Below, piece by piece: positions 58,683 through 64,000 of a stretch of 64,000 nucleotides of DNA. The DNA is from Calditrichaceae bacterium (GTDB lineage Bacteria > Calditrichota > Calditrichia > Calditrichales > JBFXGD01), in the NCBI GenBank assembly GCA_050173015.1, contig JBFXLE010000001.1, forward strand, positions 96,001 to 160,000, written 5' to 3'. The notes beneath the pieces were generated by a model. The model was not told the origin of the DNA. It made no database searches and worked only from the letters and a program-made list of their open reading frames with translations. How positions within the stretch are numbered: the stretch's first letter is position 1; each line of letters begins with the position of its first letter. A program made the translations under genes and the position numbers.

Positions 58683-59224
58683 TTTGTTTCACTTTCGAAA
58701 TATGACTTTATGAATACCTTAACATATAATATAAATGAATATATGATGCCCGCTGCAGCGAGAATACTGGCGAATTCAAAAAGCTGTTTCTGTCCGAGAA
58801 TAAATAACAATATGGCGATAGCGATGATATTTACGGTTATTTTCCCGGGCATGTTGGATGGTTCTACCACGCTTTTTTTATTCAGAATAAACAGAGATCC
58901 GATCAATATAAGAACATCCCGCCCTACAATAACAATTAGAAACCATAATGGCAGATCCTGATACAAATAGAGCGCTATAACCCCTCCGCCAATTGCAATT
59001 TTATCGGCGACAGGATCAAGGATCTTTCCTAATTCCGTGATCTGATTAAGTTTTCTGGCAAAATATCCGTCAAGAAAATCGGTCAGCATTGCCAACAAAG
59101 TAACCAGCAACAAAATCAGGTTCTGTTTTTCTTTAATCAGATAAAAAAACGGAAATATGACAAATATTCTGCTAAAACTCAAACAATTTGATAACGTAAA
59201 TATTTTTTGTTTTTTCAATTCCAT
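58679..59224 (-). CDS. CDP-alcohol phosphatidyltransferase (PgsA-like)
   Basis: N.LS.SR and TDFLDGYFARKLNQITELGKILDPVADK. Confidence 0.9.
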   Translation of the reverse strand: MELKKQKIFTLSNCLSFSRIFVIFPFFYLIKEKQNLILLLVTLLAMLTDFLDGYFARKLNQITELGKILDPVADKIAIGGGVIALYLYQDLPLWFLIVIVGRDVLILIGSLFILNKKSVVEPSNMPGKITVNIIAIAILLFILGQKQLFEFASILAAAGIIYSFILYVKVFIKSYFESETK

Positions 59225-60930
59225 TCCACTAAAAAGGGCATAATAGCTAATGGCTGATTCTGAATTTTTCCTAAATGTTCCAATAAATATTCAATCTGCC
59301 CCATATAAGATCTGTTTTTTACGGAGATCACGTCAAAGAGCTGATAGAACAAAGATTTTTCTTTGGGGTAATAAACCAGTCGCACAGATTCATCTTCCGG
59401 GATACCGCTCATTTTTTTCGCGGCATCGATGGCGGTGTAAAACGACCCGGTTGTATCAATTAATCCGTTTTTGTATGCCTGGGAGCCCGTCCAAACGTGA
59501 CCCTGGGCAAGTGATTCAGTCTTTTCATAGGGAATACCGCGGGCAGTAGAAACCATTCCGACAAAGTCAGTATAAAAACTATTAATTAATTTATATACAA
59601 TGGCTCTTTCTGATTCGCTCCATGGTTTCATTATGGAGAAAAGCCCCGCGTTTTTTCCGCGTCTTAGGTGCTCGATATTAAGATCCAGTTTTTTGTATAA
59701 TCCGGTGACATTGAATTTCCCCGCATAGATCCCTATGGAGCCGACGAGACTCGCGGGATTTGCGATAACGGTATCGGCGCCCATCGCTATATAGAAGCCG
59801 CCCGATGCTCCGTAATCCGAAATAGACGCGATAACCGGCTTTTTCTCCGACGCTTTTACTATGGCGGACCAGATGATCTCTGAAGCGGTAGCGGAACCTC
59901 CGGGACTGTCAATTCTCAGTATAATCGCTTTTACACTTCCGGCAGCCGCGGCTTTTTCAAGTTCGCTAACAATGGTTGATGATCCCATCACTTTTCCGAA
60001 AACAGGATCATCCCCGTCCCCTCCGCTTGCGATTGTGCCCGAGCAATTGATGACCGCAATTTTCGATTTGTTTCTGATTTTCAGTGAACTGGCCGGAACA
60101 GACGCATAGCGCGTCGCTGAAATCTTTGTAGGATTCTTGACCCCGGTTTTTAATTTATCCCGCACTTCTGAGTAAAAAGCGGTTCCGTCAATTAAGCCAA
60201 TCTGCAGGGCTTCCTTACCGGTAAAGCCGGATGTCTCATTCATCAGCTTATAAACATCCCCGGTGGAGATGGATCTTTTTAAAGAAATGGTTTGAATGAT
60301 GTCTTCGAAATATTCATCTAGTATGGCTCCAAGAACCTCCCTCTGATCCGGAGACATTGTGCTTCTTGTATAGGGATCAGGCGCGTTCTTGTATTTACCT
60401 ATTTGGATAAATTCTGCCTCAATGCCAAACTTATTAAAAAGTCCTTTATAAAACATGATTTCAGAGTTAAGCCCCGTAATGAATAAATTTCCTGAGGGGG
60501 GCATGAATATGGAATCACAGGCGGTAGCCAGATAATATTCTTTTGTCATGGGTGTTTCAAGATAGGCGAATATTTTTTTCCCGCTTTTTTTATATTCATC
60601 GATCAGGATGTGCAGTTCCTGCAGCTTTGCGTATCCGGTCTGAAGAAAATTGATCTGAAGAATTACCCCATTAATGCGGTCATCGACCGCGGCCTTTTCA
60701 AGGTCCTCACGAATTTTTTTCATATCAAGAGAAGACCGCCCGAAAAAATCTTCCAGCGGATCAGGCGGCACATATTCAGGTAAATCTCCCGAAATTTGAA
60801 TATGCAGATACGAATTAGTAGCCACCGCGGGCTCAGAATCCAGAAGTGAATTCAATAGGAAAACGACCGCGATAATAAAAATGATAAATACAGAAAGTAT
60901 TACCGCAAGCCATTTTAAAAATGTCTTCAT
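59215..60930 (-). CDS. sppA: Signal peptide peptidase SppA (long form)
   Basis: N-terminal TM, YYLATACD, GKYKNA, LRIDSPGGS, ASGGFYIA, VGSIGI and GHVWTG. Confidence 0.93.
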   Translation of the reverse strand: MKTFLKWLAVILSVFIIFIIAVVFLLNSLLDSEPAVATNSYLHIQISGDLPEYVPPDPLEDFFGRSSLDMKKIREDLEKAAVDDRINGVILQINFLQTGYAKLQELHILIDEYKKSGKKIFAYLETPMTKEYYLATACDSIFMPPSGNLFITGLNSEIMFYKGLFNKFGIEAEFIQIGKYKNAPDPYTRSTMSPDQREVLGAILDEYFEDIIQTISLKRSISTGDVYKLMNETSGFTGKEALQIGLIDGTAFYSEVRDKLKTGVKNPTKISATRYASVPASSLKIRNKSKIAVINCSGTIASGGDGDDPVFGKVMGSSTIVSELEKAAAAGSVKAIILRIDSPGGSATASEIIWSAIVKASEKKPVIASISDYGASGGFYIAMGADTVIANPASLVGSIGIYAGKFNVTGLYKKLDLNIEHLRRGKNAGLFSIMKPWSESERAIVYKLINSFYTDFVGMVSTARGIPYEKTESLAQGHVWTGSQAYKNGLIDTTGSFYTAIDAAKKMSGIPEDESVRLVYYPKEKSLFYQLFDVISVKNRSYMGQIEYLLEHLGKIQNQPLAIMPFLVEWN

Positions 60931-60947
60931 AAATAATGCCTGTTATA

Positions 60948-62261
60948 TTATAAAGTGATCAGGAATCCGGCAATAGTAGCCGTCATAAAAGTTGCCAAAG
61001 ATCCGCCGAGAACGGCCAATAGCCCGTATTTAGCGAGATCACTTCTTCTTGTCGGCGCGATACCGCCGATGCCGCCGATTTGAATGGCGATAGATGAAAA
61101 GTTCGCGAATCCACAAAGGGCGTAAGTTGATATAATGACCGCCTTTTCACTTAAAACTCCGGTTGGTATCAATTGAGATAGATTTAAGTAGGCGATAAAT
61201 TCATTTAATACGACCTTCTGCCCGATCAAAGAACCGACATTTACAGCATCAGCCCATGGCACGCCAATTACCCAGGCAATGGGGCTGAGCACATAACCCA
61301 GGATAATTTCCAATGAGACCGGAGCGCCGGAGGCGGTTGTCAGTCCGAACATACCGGTTAAAACACCTTCCAGGATCCAGTTAATCATGGCGATGAGAGC
61401 TATAAAAGCCAAAAGCATTCCGGCGACGTTGAGCGCTAATTTCAGACCGTCGGCCGCTCCTGTTGCCGCGGCTTCAATGACGTTGGAGGAGGTCTTTTCA
61501 ATTTCAACCTTCACCTGGCCCATGGTAAGAGATTTCTCTCTTTCAGGGACAAGAATTTTAGCGATCACTATTGTCGCGGGCGCCGCCATAATACTGGCGG
61601 AGAGCAGATGTTTCGCGTAATATAGTTGCTGCGCGGGATCAGCGCCGCCCAAAAGGCCCACATAAGCCGCCAGCACGCCGCCGGCGATCGTAGCCATGCC
61701 CCCGATCATGAGTGTAAGAAGTTCGGATTTCGTCATTGTTTCAACATAGGGCCGAACGACCAGAGGGGCTTCGGTTTGACCGATGAAGACATTCGCTGCG
61801 ACCGAAATTGACTCCGAGCCGCTGATACTTAAAAGTTTAGCCATTACCCAGGCCATTCCCTGGACGATTTTTTGCATGATACCCAGATGGTACAAAACGG
61901 ACATTAGAGACGAGAAAAAGATTATTGTCGGCAAAACCTGGAACGCAAAAATGAACCCGACTCCTGTAGCTTTTAAAGGATCGGGAAAGGCTTCACTGAA
62001 AAGTCCCTGATCGGCCAGCGCGCCAAATACGAATGCAGAGCCCTCACCGGTAAATGAAATAATTTTTACAAAGAAGTTACCGATATAGTTAAAGAAGCTG
62101 GCTCCCCAAGGCGTTAGAATAACGAAAATCGCGAAAACAATCTGCATCGCGAGGCCTATTCCCACCTGTTTCCAGTTGATTTTCTTTTTATTATTCGAGA
62201 AAAGAAACGCTATACCGACTAATGATATTAAACCAAACACAGCAAATAAGAAATCGTTCAT
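60948..62261 (-). CDS. nupC: CNT-family (NupC) nucleoside transporter
   Basis: FAFQVLPTIIFFS, FIGQTEAPL, GMATIAGGV, K.VLNEFIAY and YALCGFANFSSIAIQIGG. Confidence 0.95.
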   Translation of the reverse strand: MNDFLFAVFGLISLVGIAFLFSNNKKKINWKQVGIGLAMQIVFAIFVILTPWGASFFNYIGNFFVKIISFTGEGSAFVFGALADQGLFSEAFPDPLKATGVGFIFAFQVLPTIIFFSSLMSVLYHLGIMQKIVQGMAWVMAKLLSISGSESISVAANVFIGQTEAPLVVRPYVETMTKSELLTLMIGGMATIAGGVLAAYVGLLGGADPAQQLYYAKHLLSASIMAAPATIVIAKILVPEREKSLTMGQVKVEIEKTSSNVIEAAATGAADGLKLALNVAGMLLAFIALIAMINWILEGVLTGMFGLTTASGAPVSLEIILGYVLSPIAWVIGVPWADAVNVGSLIGQKVVLNEFIAYLNLSQLIPTGVLSEKAVIISTYALCGFANFSSIAIQIGGIGGIAPTRRSDLAKYGLLAVLGGSLATFMTATIAGFLITL

Positions 62262-62845
62262 TCTGATTTATTCTCCTTCTCTTCATCCGCAGGCGGAACA
62301 AAGCAATTTCGGCATCGGGCTTCATAGATATCCGTCGCTCCAACAAGAATTCTGTCTGTGTCACCCGATTTTCTGTAAGTATGATTAGCGGGATTTCCGC
62401 AAATTGTGCATATGGCATGTGTTTTTGTGATGTATTCGGCAATGGCCAGCAGTTGTGGTATGGATCCAAAAGGTATTCCCCTGTAATCCTGATCCAGGCC
62501 GGCTACAATGACTCTCTTACCCATATTTGCCAGAGTTTGGCAAATTTTAACGATGGATTCATCAAAAAATTGAGCTTCATCGATACCCACGACCTGAGCT
62601 TCAAGAGCAAAAGTCAGAATTTCTTCCGGCTTTTGTATGGTTCTTGACTGAATTTTCTGAAAATCATGGGATACAATTTGTTCCTTACTGTACCGGTCAT
62701 CAATCTTAGGCTTGAATATCTCAACTTTTTGTCTGGCGATTGTCGCCCGTCGAAGCCGACGGATAAGTTCTTCTGTTTTTCCGCTGAACATGCTTCCGCA
62801 GATGACTTCGATCCAACCCGTGTGCTGTTTCACTACATGCATCAT
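62258..62845 (-). CDS. tdk: Thymidine kinase
   Basis: GSMFSGKTEELIRR, IDEAQF, AGLD and Zn-binding C..C / YEARCR.C. Confidence 0.96.
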   Translation of the reverse strand: MMHVVKQHTGWIEVICGSMFSGKTEELIRRLRRATIARQKVEIFKPKIDDRYSKEQIVSHDFQKIQSRTIQKPEEILTFALEAQVVGIDEAQFFDESIVKICQTLANMGKRVIVAGLDQDYRGIPFGSIPQLLAIAEYITKTHAICTICGNPANHTYRKSGDTDRILVGATDIYEARCRNCFVPPADEEKENKSE

Positions 62846-62871
62846 AATTTGAAATGTATCCTATTGTTTAT

Positions 62872-63498
62872 TCAGTTTCTGGTTCTTAGAAGCGATTCGA
62901 TTTTTGTAGTCAGTAAATCAATGGCGACTAAATTTTTTCCTCCGCGGGGGATGATAATATGGGCATGGCGTTTCGAAGGCTCAACAAATTGGAAATACAT
63001 CGGTCTTACGGTTTCTGTATATTGCGTAATAACCGATTCAACTGATCGGCCCCTTTCGTTGATATCTCTCCGCAGCCTCCTGATAAAACAGATATCCGGA
63101 TCGGTATCGATAAAGACCATGATATCCATCAAATCCCGAAGGCCGGGTTCGCTCAATATTAAAATGCCTTCCAAAATTACTATCGCGTGAGGCCCCACTC
63201 TCTTTGTTTCCTCAAGACGGCTGTGAGTCTTATAGTCATAGAGCGGATGTTCTATTGAATCACCATTCAGCAATTGTTTGATATGTTTTTGCAAAAGGGG
63301 GTGATCAAAGGAATCGGGATGATCAAAGTTCCTGCCGGTTCGGTCATCGAACGGGATATCTGAAAGATCATGATAGTATGAGTCTTCCTGAATCATCAGA
63401 ACTTTTTCTGAACCCAGTTTCTCAATGATCGTATTTGCGACAAGTGTTTTTCCTGAGCCGGATGCGCCGGCAATGCCAATAAGTATATTTTTGTTCAT
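62872..63498 (-). CDS. udk: Uridine kinase
   Basis: GIAGASGSGKT, DSYY, NFDHP, EGIL, RRLRRDI.ERGR and FVEPSKR.A..IIP.GG.N. Confidence 0.96.
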   Translation of the reverse strand: MNKNILIGIAGASGSGKTLVANTIIEKLGSEKVLMIQEDSYYHDLSDIPFDDRTGRNFDHPDSFDHPLLQKHIKQLLNGDSIEHPLYDYKTHSRLEETKRVGPHAIVILEGILILSEPGLRDLMDIMVFIDTDPDICFIRRLRRDINERGRSVESVITQYTETVRPMYFQFVEPSKRHAHIIIPRGGKNLVAIDLLTTKIESLLRTRN

Positions 63499-63899
63499 TT
63501 TTGGCTCAATTGTGATTCTTCAAACGCATATGGAAGTAATTCTCTTAATTTTAGAATCTTTTGATTTTTTCCATCAGTTAAAATTACATCAATTTCAGGA
63601 GCGTAATCATACAATAATTGTCTGCAGGCTCCGCACGGAGAGCAGAACTTACCGTCAATGGCGGTGATTGCAATTGCTCTGAATTTGGTAACTCCCTGGG
63701 AAAGAGCTTTTGTCAGAGCGACTCTTTCGGCGCAAATGGTCAGGCTGTAGGAACTGCTCTCGATGTTACATCCTGAAAAGATCTGGCCATCTTCATCCAG
63801 AAGAGCGGCGCCAACCCGGAAGTTGGAATATTTTGCCTGAGAATATTTGCGGGCGTTTTTCGCCGCGTCAATCAATTTACCGGCATCGTATTTAGGCAT
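63495..63899 (-). CDS. cdd: Cytidine deaminase (tetrameric)
   Basis: YSNFRVGAA, GCNIE, ICAERVA, PCGACRQ and LLPYAF. Confidence 0.96.
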   Translation of the reverse strand: MPKYDAGKLIDAAKNARKYSQAKYSNFRVGAALLDEDGQIFSGCNIESSSYSLTICAERVALTKALSQGVTKFRAIAITAIDGKFCSPCGACRQLLYDYAPEIDVILTDGKNQKILKLRELLPYAFEESQLSQK

Positions 63900-64000
63900 G
63901 GCAAATCCATTTTTTTGTATTAAAGTAATATAAGTTAAGATTTTTTAGGGGCGAATACAAAAGGATATTCATAAAGAAGGCACCTCCTATGCCCATTAAA

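Noticed and set aside
63892-63972. 26-aa minus-strand uORF with AGGAGG, overlapping the cdd start
   Set aside because: The SD spacing is long, the ORF spans the likely cdd promoter, and the context is cut by the window edge, so support is insufficient.

Overview
This is a bacterial chromosomal window. Its gene content points to a Gram-negative lineage with a type IX secretion system (T9SS), probably Calditrichota/KSB1/Ignavibacteria-like; that assignment is an inference from the TonB receptor-CTD protein-PorV cassette and FlgD-type C-terminal sorting domains. 0-14.3 kb: end of sixA, a beta-propeller LytS-type sensor kinase, and two paralogous LytTR regulators bracketing a TonB-dependent receptor / T9SS-cargo / PorV operon. 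14.5-25 kb: two tandem ~1640-aa secreted paralogues, each with ten Ig-like repeats, showing a mosaic of identical and divergent domains. 25-36.6 kb: housekeeping and envelope genes (ppx, HI0933-family flavoprotein, serC, DUF5668 membrane protein, 3D-DUF1460 fusion, lptD, rnr, prmC). 36.8-48.3 kb: a heme biosynthesis cluster (ccsA/hemX-like, hemA, hemC, TetR, hemD, hemE, hemN, hemY, hemB, hemL) with a palindromic operator at its promoter and a heptamer-repeat/REP patch before hemL. 48.4-57.6 kb: tex, a stand-alone receiver protein, and a candidate trans-envelope cAMP signalling locus (DUF928-like secreted protein, FecR protein, beta-barrel, CHASE2 adenylate cyclase). 57.8-64 kb: a nucleoside salvage operon (cdd, udk, tdk, nupC, sppA, CDP-alcohol transferase, PNP). 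I saw no rRNA, tRNA, CRISPR array or transposase. All family assignments come from motif recognition by eye; no database searches were run.
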